In this document: in pieces, positions 17,259-25,377 of the stretch
Layout of the letters: every line of letters starts with the position of its first letter
Position numbering within the stretch: the stretch's first letter is position 1
Made by a program: the position numbers and the translations under genes
Notes under the pieces: generated by a model
Told to the model about the DNA's origin: nothing
What the model saw: the letters and a program-made list of their open reading frames with translations, nothing else
Databases searched by the model: none
Virus record (IMG/VR): IMGVR_UViG_3300035660_000003
Coordinates: 86,261-112,412 of that record
DNA from: a virus
Lineage: Duplodnaviria > Heunggongvirae > Uroviricota > Caudoviricetes
Reading direction: 5' to 3' (one strand)
DNA: 26,152 nt

Positions 17259-17266
17259 ATATTCCT

Positions 17267-17836
17267 TCATTCTTTATTTTCATGCCGTTTTATCCAATTG
17301 CAATTAGCACAGAGAAGTTGATAGTTCTTTGAACCGCTTTTCAGTTGTTCAAGAACATAAATATAAAATCTTTTTGGACTACCAAATGATTTTATTTCTT
17401 TACATCCGCCACCGCTAATGTGGTCTATCTGTAAACATCTAATATCTGAACAACCATTAGAGACAAGACAACTAGGATTGTTACACTTATTGCCGAGAAG
17501 TTCGAATATTTGCCCCCTCAATTGGGCGTATTCCATCTGATGTTTCTTGTTTATTTTTTCTTTGTTTTTGTTATAGTGAGCACGTATTAAATTTATGTGT
17601 TCTTCATAATATTTCTTGGCGTGTATTTTCTGTTCCTCTTTGTGTTTTTCATAATATTTTTTTCTCCACGCTTTGATTTTTTCTTTGTTTTTATTATAGT
17701 ATTTTCGTGCAGATTTGTTAGCAGATTCCTTGTGCTGCAAATAATATTCATGATTTCTCATCATGATTTCTTTTTTGTGTTTTTGATAGTATTTTCGAAC
17801 AGTTTCTCGGTGTTTTTCATTTTTGACATTCATCAT
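17267..17836 (-). CDS. Free-standing HNH endonuclease, paralog 4 (more divergent), with five 15-aa repeats plus a partial one
   Basis: LGNKCNNPSC..CLQIDHISGGG..YQLLCANCNWIKR. YY at aa 16, 31, 46, 61 and 76. Confidence 0.85.
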   Translation of the reverse strand: MMNVKNEKHRETVRKYYQKHKKEIMMRNHEYYLQHKESANKSARKYYNKNKEKIKAWRKKYYEKHKEEQKIHAKKYYEEHINLIRAHYNKNKEKINKKHQMEYAQLRGQIFELLGNKCNNPSCLVSNGCSDIRCLQIDHISGGGCKEIKSFGSPKRFYIYVLEQLKSGSKNYQLLCANCNWIKRHENKE

Positions 17837-17868
17837 ATTGATTTCACATAAATGATAAGAAAAACAAC

Positions 17869-17884
17869 TATATAAATTTTTCTG
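17869..17884 (-). promoter_or_regulatory. BRE-TATA promoter of HNH4 (CAGAAA-AA-TTTATATA)
   Basis: Consensus match. Predicted TSS ~17846. Confidence 0.65.
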
Positions 17885-17903
17885 TTTTCTTTATCATGTT
17901 TTG

Positions 17904-18305
17904 TTAATCGTTGAGGAAATCGAGAATTTCTTTTAGTGTTATTAGATTGATTAGGATTTGAAGCAATTCTTCGTCTTTCTGATACATTAAGGATGAAGTC
18001 AATTTGATGATTAATTCATCGATTTTCTTATAACTAATAGGCAAATTGATTTGGAACAGGTCTAACATAACTGCTTTGGCATAGTCCGATTTTGCTTCTA
18101 AAATTTCTTGTAATTGTTTAGACGATAGGTCGGATAGAAGATTCAATATATTGGATTTCCGAGAAAATGTAATTGGAACTTTTATTCCAATCAAAACTTC
18201 TATTTCTGTTGATATTCGTCCTTTTACTTTTTTCAATACTTTTTCTAAAATTGTAAATAGGACACCTATCGATGAACCAAACTTATACTTCTTACTGGGA
18301 GACAT
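17904..18305 (-). CDS. Hypothetical protein (133 aa, Leu/Ile/Lys-rich, helical)
   Basis: Fills the gap between neighbours and has its own BRE-TATA. No recognisable motif. Confidence 0.65.
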   Translation of the reverse strand: MSPSKKYKFGSSIGVLFTILEKVLKKVKGRISTEIEVLIGIKVPITFSRKSNILNLLSDLSSKQLQEILEAKSDYAKAVMLDLFQINLPISYKKIDELIIKLTSSLMYQKDEELLQILINLITLKEILDFLND

Positions 18306-18335
18306 AATTACTTCATTATTAATGAGGAGTTCGGG

Positions 18336-18351
18336 TATAAAAAGGTTATGG
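18336..18351 (-). promoter_or_regulatory. BRE-TATA promoter (CCATAA-CC-TTTTTATA), overlapping the upstream stop codon
   Basis: Consensus match. CCA-TAA is the Pro-stop of the 107-aa gene. Confidence 0.65.
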
Positions 18352-18669
18352 TGAATGTGATGACGATTCTTCTTTCTTTTTTATTGTAAGTATTACATGT
18401 TCTCCCGACTTAATGATTACTACAGATTTCTCTATATCGACTGATTTCATATATTGTTTATTGGAAATTATTGTTAATGTTTTTGGTTTTCCAGTTTTGG
18501 GGTCAATCCGCACTTCGCCAGTTTTTTTATCGACATCCCAAAGAATAATTTTAACGTTTATTATTCTAGGTGAAATTTTTTCTTCCTCTCCCTTAATTCT
18601 AATTGTTTCTTCATCTACGTCGGCATGGAAAAGTTCTATTCCGCCTTTTCCTTCATTTGTTCTTCTCAA
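18346..18669 (-). CDS. Hypothetical protein (107 aa)
   Basis: TTG start with SD GGGGA and its own promoter. No recognisable family. Confidence 0.65.
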   Translation of the reverse strand: MRRTNEGKGGIELFHADVDEETIRIKGEEEKISPRIINVKIILWDVDKKTGEVRIDPKTGKPKTLTIISNKQYMKSVDIEKSVVIIKSGEHVILTIKKKEESSSHSP

Positions 18670-18702
18670 GACTTATTCCCCAAAATATAAAATGAATCCT
18701 AA

Positions 18703-18718
18703 TATTTAAACCTTACGG
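18703..18718 (-). promoter_or_regulatory. BRE-TATA promoter (CCGTAA-GG-TTTAAATA)
   Basis: Consensus match. Predicted TSS ~18680, at the SD. Confidence 0.7.
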
Positions 18719-18748
18719 CAATAAATAAAGATGAAGAAACTGGAATGA

Positions 18749-19096
18749 CTAGATTACTTGGTCTTCCCAGTCCATTTTGACTGTATAATTGCCTGCCGTT
18801 ATTGCTGGAACAACCCAAGCCAAAGTCAATAGTCCTGTGGCTTGACTATAATGACCTGCATCGAATGCTTGGTCATTTACCAAGACCGTGCTATCTATCA
18901 CTAAGTCTGTTACGAAAGCCGCTGGCAGTTTACCTGTATCTTCATCAAGAACTGTTGCAGTATAGGTAACGTTATCGCCTTCATATCCTGAAGCAACGTC
19001 TAACTCTTCATTTGTTACAACTACTGTCAGAATTGCTCCTACTTCGAATGCATGTCCAGTTGATTCATCACCAATATATTTAGTGCCGATTGGCAT
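18749..19096 (-). CDS. Single Ig-like domain protein (probable virion decoration/fibre subunit)
   Basis: GY.GDNVTYTATVLD...GNYTVKMDWEDQ beta-sandwich pattern. Paralog of the split domain in 19131-20711. SD GGTGA. Confidence 0.75.
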   Translation of the reverse strand: MPIGTKYIGDESTGHAFEVGAILTVVVTNEELDVASGYEGDNVTYTATVLDEDTGKLPAAFVTDLVIDSTVLVNDQAFDAGHYSQATGLLTLAWVVPAITAGNYTVKMDWEDQVI

Positions 19097-19130
19097 TTCT
19101 TATTCACCTTACATTATAAACATCAAAAGA

Positions 19131-20711
19131 CTATTTAAATCTTTTCTTTAATAATAACAAAATTTGTTGTAGAATGCCCGTCTTTTTCTTCTTTGCACTT
19201 GCTAACCGACTCATACTTTCTGGGTAAAATGTCTGGTCTTCCCAATCTAGTTCGATTATATAATTGCCATGTTCGTGTGGAACGATAAAAACTAATGCTA
19301 ATTCTCCTGTTTCTTGGTCATAAACATCCGAAGTGAGAAGTTGGTCGTCAATCAAGACCGTAACACTTTCAGCAGTATATTCCGCATAAATGCTGAAAGT
19401 AGCATCATTTTCATTATAACCACAATCTTCAAGTGGGTCTGGATAATCTCCAGTATAAGTTAAACTCTTCGTATAAATTGGACCACCCCAGTCAAAATAG
19501 TAAGTATTGTATTTGGTTTCACCAGCACTAACATATTCATTCCAAATTGTAAGAATGTAGTCTCCAGCAAGTAGATAGATTGCCGAAGCAAAATCAAATT
19601 GAATCCAGTCGGGACTTGTATTGGTAATTGCGATTTCTTCAGTTTGCCCCATTAAATTTCCATCCATATCATAAATGGCACATTTGGTTTTCACGCCCGT
19701 TGGTGCTGACCCACCCCTACACAAATATACCATAATATCAGTTACATAACCGTTTATTTCTAATTCGAAAGGACAACCCTCAATAGTATTTCCATAATTT
19801 AGAGGATGCTCTCCTATATTTGTTTTCCCAAACTTTGCTGTAGCAACGGCTATCAAATCAACCATAAAATCCTCTGGTAATACATTAGCATCACTATCAA
19901 GAACGGTTGCCGTGTAAGTTACTTCGTCATTTTCATATCCTTCATCAACAGATAAGTCTTCCTCACCCACAACCACCTCTTTAACTCTAAATCCGCCCAA
20001 AAGTTTAGTATCTAAAGTCCCTAGTAATTCAGTTATTGTTCTATTAATCGCTTTGGTTCTACTGTAACTGTCTAATCCGCCCAAATATTCCGTTACCGTT
20101 ATGGAATGAGCAATGAATTCTTTCAGGTCTAAATTTTCAATGTCACAATCTCCATAAAAATTATAATTATGTCCACTGTTCCAAGTGTTGCAAACAAAAA
20201 TGTAACGGAAATTATGGTTTGCATGCAGAGTAAGGCTTAACGTTGCTAAAAGAGTTGTTCGTGCTGAATTACTATAAACTTCACATGTTAAAGCTGTTCC
20301 AGTTTTTTGAACCGTTAGGTAATACATTGTTCCATCAGTAATTGTGTAAGGTGACGTTGAATAATAAACATGATTATAGATTTCACTTAAATAAATCCCT
20401 TCGATTCCATCACCAGTTTTGTAAATTTCTACGTCAATATATGTTTTGCTTGCATCGTATAAGCCTTTAGCGTCATCTACTTCGTTACTTAGCATCCAAA
20501 CATTGGCTTGACGGTAATTTTGTCCACTCACAGCCTTAACATCAATTTTATGTTTAAAATCCGTGAAGTGTCCAGCACCCATATCCCTCTTAAAATAACA
20601 ATCTTCATTCCGATAATCTTGAAAATCGACATGGTTAGTCCCCACTACTGCAATGTGATTATTATCGTCTTTTTCAACCCAATAGGCTTGACTGAAATCT
20701 TCAACAGTCAT
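19131..20711 (-). CDS. Modular virion adhesin/fibre: lectin-like domain, linker repeats, and Ig-like domain with inserted DUF4082-like jelly-roll
   Basis: N-terminal ~200-aa beta-rich domain, two ITE.LG.LD repeats, Ig halves homologous to 18749-19096, and an insert with the AIYD..G.L..T..WIQFDF..IYLLAGDY pattern. Confidence 0.7.
   Translation of the reverse strand: MTVEDFSQAYWVEKDDNNHIAVVGTNHVDFQDYRNEDCYFKRDMGAGHFTDFKHKIDVKAVSGQNYRQANVWMLSNEVDDAKGLYDASKTYIDVEIYKTGDGIEGIYLSEIYNHVYYSTSPYTITDGTMYYLTVQKTGTALTCEVYSNSARTTLLATLSLTLHANHNFRYIFVCNTWNSGHNYNFYGDCDIENLDLKEFIAHSITVTEYLGGLDSYSRTKAINRTITELLGTLDTKLLGGFRVKEVVVGEEDLSVDEGYENDEVTYTATVLDSDANVLPEDFMVDLIAVATAKFGKTNIGEHPLNYGNTIEGCPFELEINGYVTDIMVYLCRGGSAPTGVKTKCAIYDMDGNLMGQTEEIAITNTSPDWIQFDFASAIYLLAGDYILTIWNEYVSAGETKYNTYYFDWGGPIYTKSLTYTGDYPDPLEDCGYNENDATFSIYAEYTAESVTVLIDDQLLTSDVYDQETGELALVFIVPHEHGNYIIELDWEDQTFYPESMSRLASAKKKKTGILQQILLLLKKRFK
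19132..19147 (-). promoter_or_regulatory. BRE-TATA promoter (AGAAAA-GA-TTTAAATA) encoded by the last codons KRFK-stop
   Basis: Consensus match. Predicted TSS ~19109, at the 5' edge of the GGTGA SD. Confidence 0.7.
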
Positions 20712-21580
20712 TCTTTAACCATCTCCTTATCTCCGCCACCATTAACATATAAATATAGTTTAGGTTCTGTTGAACGACATGCGACTAGATGAAACCAAGA
20801 ACCAACGACAATGGTAGTCCCGCCTTCAATTGCCTTTCCACCAGTCCCTTGTTCATGACAATATGCTTTGGGGGTAGCACCATAAGTAAATAAAGCATAT
20901 CCAGTATATGGAGAAGTCGCCAGACGTTTATCAATAGGGTGTCTATATGAAGTCAAGAGGTCAGGGTTTATCCACGCTTCTATAGTAAATGGTCCTGTTC
21001 CCACATTTAAATTATTCCCACAATTCACATAACCAGTTAAATCAAAGTCCTGTGCACCATCTATCTTACCAGAGGTTGTAACTACTGGCTTATTGGCTGC
21101 AATCTTTGTTCCATCTGCATTGTTTGTAGTGCTATCAGCTATTAAACTTGTAGTTTTATCTCGCATGTGCTGAACCATTTTGAAGTTAGCATCCCAAACA
21201 GCCATTGCGGGAGTTGATTCTGTGTCACCAACATAATCCGTATTGTCAGCGTGAGCATGGTCATAGTATAAATATAGGTCTGTATTGCCTATATCTGTTA
21301 CTGATGGAACTTTAACCCATAACCAAGCCTTTTCGTTAGCATCGTCCCACTTATCTATTTCAACATAGCATTGGGTAGTTCCGTCACTTATTGTAACGGC
21401 AATCTTTAATCTATTAGCATCACTTGTTAATTCATCAAAAATAAAACTGATGTCTTCAGCATTATATCCAGATGAAGTAGATAGATAAAGAAGAATTGGA
21501 AAGTTAGTTAAATCTGCGGTTATGTCTCCAGCATCTACTGTAAGTTTTACCCGTTTAGCCCAACCACTAAGCCAAGCCAT
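20708..21580 (-). CDS. DUF2341 domain protein with C-terminally truncated LamG/concanavalin-like domain (virion fibre)
   Basis: MAWLSGWAKRVKLTV..LTNFPILL, CYVEIDKWD..AWLWVKVP..LYLYY, VWD.NF..V.H, FTIEAWIN..WFHLV..LYVNG then stop. SD GAGGT. Confidence 0.8.
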   Translation of the reverse strand: MAWLSGWAKRVKLTVDAGDITADLTNFPILLYLSTSSGYNAEDISFIFDELTSDANRLKIAVTISDGTTQCYVEIDKWDDANEKAWLWVKVPSVTDIGNTDLYLYYDHAHADNTDYVGDTESTPAMAVWDANFKMVQHMRDKTTSLIADSTTNNADGTKIAANKPVVTTSGKIDGAQDFDLTGYVNCGNNLNVGTGPFTIEAWINPDLLTSYRHPIDKRLATSPYTGYALFTYGATPKAYCHEQGTGGKAIEGGTTIVVGSWFHLVACRSTEPKLYLYVNGGGDKEMVKE

Positions 21581-21620
21581 TTATTATACCTCATGTTTAG
21601 AGAATGTTATAATTATGATT

Positions 21621-22187
21621 TTACGCACTACCTTGTTTGACTTGACATTTGCAGGTCATTGTTAAAGTGTCACCATTATCCCAGTTCATTGACTCAGCCG
21701 CAAATGTTTGTCTAAAGAGCATAGTATCAGTTGTGCCTGCCGCATCCTTGAAAACTCCAACTTCAGTAATTGCTTGTGTGCCAGTCAATCCAGCATCATT
21801 TGCTTGTGAGAATATTACAACCCATTGTGACGTATCATAAGTGCATCCCGCATCAATTTTAACAATAGTTCCCGTGCATAATGCTCCGCCCAATCTTGAT
21901 TTTTGTGTTCCTAATACTCTGTCTCCAACTACTGCTCCGCCAGTTCCAGTTCCAATACCTATATAATCAAATGCGGTATCACCAATATCTTTCGCCATCA
22001 ATCCAGCAACAATCCGCATTCCATCATAAGTGATACAGTTACGTGGTTTCAAATGCAGTTTCTTCAATAGTCTATTCCAACGAGTATTAGACTTATATTG
22101 TTTGATTATTTTGCCATTCTTATCTCTATGAACCCATTCAATCTCATCGATTATTTCAAACTTTCTTTCATGTATTATCATTTTCAT
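21621..22187 (-). CDS. Tail-collar/fibre-like structural protein
   Basis: ITYDG..IVAGL..FDYIGIGTGT..L..ITEVGVF..MLFRQTF..GDTLTMT pattern typical of phage tail-collar fibre N-domains. Probable leaderless start at 22187. Confidence 0.7.
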   Translation of the reverse strand: MKMIIHERKFEIIDEIEWVHRDKNGKIIKQYKSNTRWNRLLKKLHLKPRNCITYDGMRIVAGLMAKDIGDTAFDYIGIGTGTGGAVVGDRVLGTQKSRLGGALCTGTIVKIDAGCTYDTSQWVVIFSQANDAGLTGTQAITEVGVFKDAAGTTDTMLFRQTFAAESMNWDNGDTLTMTCKCQVKQGSA

Positions 22188-22209
22188 CACCATTTTAATT
22201 GTATTCGCA

Positions 22210-22225
22210 TATTTAAAGATTATGG
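22210..22225 (-). promoter_or_regulatory. BRE-TATA promoter (CCATAA-TC-TTTAAATA), overlapping the upstream stop codon
   Basis: ATG 22187 is 23 nt after the TATA end. CCA-TAA is the Pro-stop of the 107-aa Ig gene. Confidence 0.75.
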
Positions 22226-22543
22226 AACTCTCACAATTACCCGAAAGTCTGCCGAAATTTTCGTGTTAAGAGGAGTCATTCTAGTTAATATTGGTTTCCA
22301 GATTGCTTTAACGGCAACTACTTCGTCTGGATTCATATGTTGCACCACTCTAGGTTCAAATGAAAGGTCTGCATCACTCGCAATGAATAAGATGTCAGAC
22401 AATTCATATCTTGAAATGTTTTTGACGTAAATTGTAGTTTCATATGTTTGACCTGCCAAAATAGGTTCATCGGTTTTAATTTCAGTAATTACTTGTTTTA
22501 AGTCAGCATCTTTATATACGATGAAATATGGATAATATGGCAT
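22220..22543 (-). CDS. Ig-like fold protein (107 aa), probably structural
   Basis: GQTYETTIYVKN..L..I..L...P.E.V.V..W.P pattern of CARDB/ASH-like Ig domains. SD GGTGA. Confidence 0.65.
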   Translation of the reverse strand: MPYYPYFIVYKDADLKQVITEIKTDEPILAGQTYETTIYVKNISRYELSDILFIASDADLSFEPRVVQHMNPDEVVAVKAIWKPILTRMTPLNTKISADFRVIVRVP

Positions 22544-22548
22544 TTCTA

Positions 22549-24795
22549 CTACTCACCCACCTTGTCTTTTCCAAGTTTCTCTTCGAGTTTTTCCATGATT
22601 TTCCGTTTTTTAGCATGAGTTTTCTTTATTTCTTCGGATTCGGTTTTGAATTTTTCTGTCTCAGCCTCGTGAGTCTTTTTTATCTCATCAGATTCCATTT
22701 TAATTTTCTCCGTTTCAACCCCTATTCTTTCCATTTCGACTGTTTTTTGTTCAATACTTCTTTTAGTATCTTCAATTGTAACTTTAATACTTTCAATTTC
22801 CCGTTGTATTTTTTCTTTCTTTCTGGCATTTTCTTCCTCATCGAATTGTTTTCGTTTATCTTCACATTCTTGTTGTTTTTTGACGAGTTCTGATTGTTCT
22901 TCAGCCAATTCCATCATTATTTTATCAAGTGGAGTTTCAGTTTTGATTATTAATTCTTGGGGCTTCGATTCAGTTTTAACCGTTATTTCGATTGGAATTT
23001 TTGGAATGGTTTCTTCAATTTCCTCTGATTCTTCCTCTACTGATTCTTGAACTGATGGAATGCGTGTTCCGCCCATTGGTCGTGCAAGTCCCTTTTGAGT
23101 TCCAACTTTCCTCACATTGACTCCGCCTTCCAAACGCTTTTGGGTTGTCTCAATAGTCTGTGGGGGCTGTCCTTCTTTCCCCTCAATTTTCTTTTCTTCC
23201 TTTTCTTCAAGTTTCTTCTTTAAAGCCTTATCTGTTTCTTCAATTTGTTTCTCTAATTCTTCCTGTGTTGGAAGTCGCACTTCGTCCCAACCCATAATAT
23301 TACAAATGGATTTCTCAACCTCTAGTTTTATCTGAGGACTTATTGGATTGGCAACATTTAACAAGCCGACATACATTTTAAGTCTATCTACTTCGTTAAG
23401 TAATCCTTCAGTTTTAAATCTGATTTCTGGACTTCCTAATGTCTGTGTTCCTTTTCCACCCTGTTTTTGCTTTGTTTTTCCATATTTACACCAAATGTGA
23501 CGCAAAATCAATTGTCTTCCAATGGCTTTCTTCAGGTCATTTCTCATGCGTTGGAAGTTATAACTTGGTTCTGTTCCAGCCCTATATGGCAATCCAACAA
23601 CGTGATTTGGCACTTTCATACCTTTAGCAATAAGTTTAAGATAGTATGTAACGACCTCTGTTGCTTCGAAGACTTGTCCACCAATCTCTTTAACATCAAA
23701 TCCAGATGGAACAGGAATCGTTGACCAGTTCTTTTCAGACGCTTCTTTCAATTCCTTAATCATGTTTCTAATATATGGCTCGGACCACGGTCTCTCAGGA
23801 GTTCCACAAATTATGAAATATTTCTTGTTTCCTGCTCTATAAATGCCTTCTCCAACAGCATTTAAAATTCTCTCAAGAACTAATGCTGTTGAACTTACTG
23901 GAGCGATTATGCTTTCGCCTCTTTCCGAGAAATCTTTACGATTCAATGAGAGCCAAAACATTTGCCAAGTGTGAAGTTTGATTGTGGGATTAATCACGGA
24001 TTTCGTTTTCAGGGCTTTAAGTTGAACTGGGAGATTTGGGTCAGCTTGTTGAACGCTTTCTGGATTAACTTCGTCCAAAGTCCAATAAACGGGCAACCAC
24101 GATTGCGGGTCACGATATAATTTAAGTCGTGTATGAGCATCATTGATGATTTTCATTCTTTTAATGCTGATTAGGTCTTTCCATTCTGGTTCTACTGTGT
24201 CATATATTACTACATCAACCTCTCTACCATTAGCATCCTTAGATTTAATGGTTTTGAAATCCTTAATATAGCTTTCAAAACTGATTAATTTTTCGAGGTC
24301 ATAGATGATTTCAGAAGCACCAACGCCAGTAGTCAATGCATTATCAAGAATCACGTCTATCAATTCAAACAAGCCAGAAATGAACTCGTCCTGATAAACA
24401 TTTTCGATAAAAGTTTCAACGTATTCTTTGAGTTCCTGTTTAAACGTATCTTTGGCATCTTCAACCCTAGTGGTTACTGATATTCCACTGCCAAGAATAG
24501 TGTCTTTTACGTAGTCCACACAAGCGGAAATTGGAGCAAAATTCTTTCTGAGACGGATATAAGTCGCAACATCATTAACATTACTTTGAGATTTAAACAA
24601 CTGGTTAGTATCTAGTTTAACTATACCACCACTTTCTTCAATATATGTAAGAAATCCATCCTTAAAAACTTCTTCGACGACTTTTGCAACAGTAGTTCCT
24701 TTACGCTGGGCTTCTTCTTTTGCCCAATCAGAAAAGGGAATTGTTTCTGGCTTGGATTCAGATAATTTTTCTTCTTTAATTGATTTCTTAACCAT
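22549..24795 (-). CDS. Phage portal protein with long acidic/coiled-coil C-terminal extension
   Basis: Portal-like motifs PISACVDY..ILGSG, DNALTTGVGASEIIYD, RGESII.P, IAKGMKVP..VVG and FQ.MR..LK..I..QLI. The last ~250 aa are a low-complexity linker plus coiled coil. Confidence 0.75.
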   Translation of the reverse strand: MVKKSIKEEKLSESKPETIPFSDWAKEEAQRKGTTVAKVVEEVFKDGFLTYIEESGGIVKLDTNQLFKSQSNVNDVATYIRLRKNFAPISACVDYVKDTILGSGISVTTRVEDAKDTFKQELKEYVETFIENVYQDEFISGLFELIDVILDNALTTGVGASEIIYDLEKLISFESYIKDFKTIKSKDANGREVDVVIYDTVEPEWKDLISIKRMKIINDAHTRLKLYRDPQSWLPVYWTLDEVNPESVQQADPNLPVQLKALKTKSVINPTIKLHTWQMFWLSLNRKDFSERGESIIAPVSSTALVLERILNAVGEGIYRAGNKKYFIICGTPERPWSEPYIRNMIKELKEASEKNWSTIPVPSGFDVKEIGGQVFEATEVVTYYLKLIAKGMKVPNHVVGLPYRAGTEPSYNFQRMRNDLKKAIGRQLILRHIWCKYGKTKQKQGGKGTQTLGSPEIRFKTEGLLNEVDRLKMYVGLLNVANPISPQIKLEVEKSICNIMGWDEVRLPTQEELEKQIEETDKALKKKLEEKEEKKIEGKEGQPPQTIETTQKRLEGGVNVRKVGTQKGLARPMGGTRIPSVQESVEEESEEIEETIPKIPIEITVKTESKPQELIIKTETPLDKIMMELAEEQSELVKKQQECEDKRKQFDEEENARKKEKIQREIESIKVTIEDTKRSIEQKTVEMERIGVETEKIKMESDEIKKTHEAETEKFKTESEEIKKTHAKKRKIMEKLEEKLGKDKVGE
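22609..22716 (-). repeat. 54-nt (18-aa) imperfect tandem duplication in the portal tail
   Basis: ETEKIKMESDEIKKTHEA / ETEKFKTESEEIKKTHAK, 13/18 identical. Confidence 0.85.
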
Positions 24796-24837
24796 GAATA
24801 TACCTGCTTTAATGTTAAGTAAATAATAACATTCTAG

Positions 24838-24853
24838 TATATAAGAATTATGG
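24838..24853 (-). promoter_or_regulatory. BRE-TATA promoter of the portal gene (CCATAA-TT-CTTATATA)
   Basis: Consensus match. Predicted TSS ~24815; SD CAGGTA. Confidence 0.7.
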
Positions 24854-24917
24854 CTGGATTAATCATTTTTATTATGGAAAATCAAAAAATTATGGGATTT
24901 ATTCGTTCTCAGACATT

Positions 24918-25373
24918 TTATCCCAATAATCGAGCAAAAACTTCTTCAATTTCTCCGCCGATGTCTGGAATGAATTTATAATCTTTAATCTGGTCTCTAG
25001 TTATCCATTTATAGGCTTGACATTCAGCCAACTTGATTTTTATTTCATCAGAAGTTCCGTCAATGACAACATAAAAACTGATGATAAGACGATTAATTTG
25101 TCCAGCATAAATCGAACAGAGGAAATGCAGTTCTTTATTATAAGCATCGATTCCAGTTTCTTCTTTTAACTCTCTAATAGCACATTTCTCAACGGCAAAG
25201 TATCGAAAGTCTTGACCTATTGGAGTTCCATCTTCAGACTGGAGTTTTCCACCAGCTACAGTCCACAAATTTGCGAATGCTTTATCTGGCGGTCTTTGAA
25301 CGATTAAAGCCTTCCTGTCCATAGAAATCACAATTAATGTAGCACTAACTTTCAAAGATTCTAATTCGCCCAT
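24918..25373 (-). CDS. Nudix hydrolase (MutT-like) with insertion in the Nudix box
   Basis: LIVQRP...LWTVAGGKLQSE-(19 aa)-RELKEETGI and ECQAYKWIT. Confidence 0.9.
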   Translation of the reverse strand: MGELESLKVSATLIVISMDRKALIVQRPPDKAFANLWTVAGGKLQSEDGTPIGQDFRYFAVEKCAIRELKEETGIDAYNKELHFLCSIYAGQINRLIISFYVVIDGTSDEIKIKLAECQAYKWITRDQIKDYKFIPDIGGEIEEVFARLLG

Positions 25374-25377
25374 GAAA

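Noticed and set aside
20700-20730. Programmed -1 frameshift fusing the DUF2341 and adhesin genes
   Set aside because: No canonical X XXY YYZ slippery heptamer. The GGAG SD plus ATGA overlap explains the junction as reinitiation.
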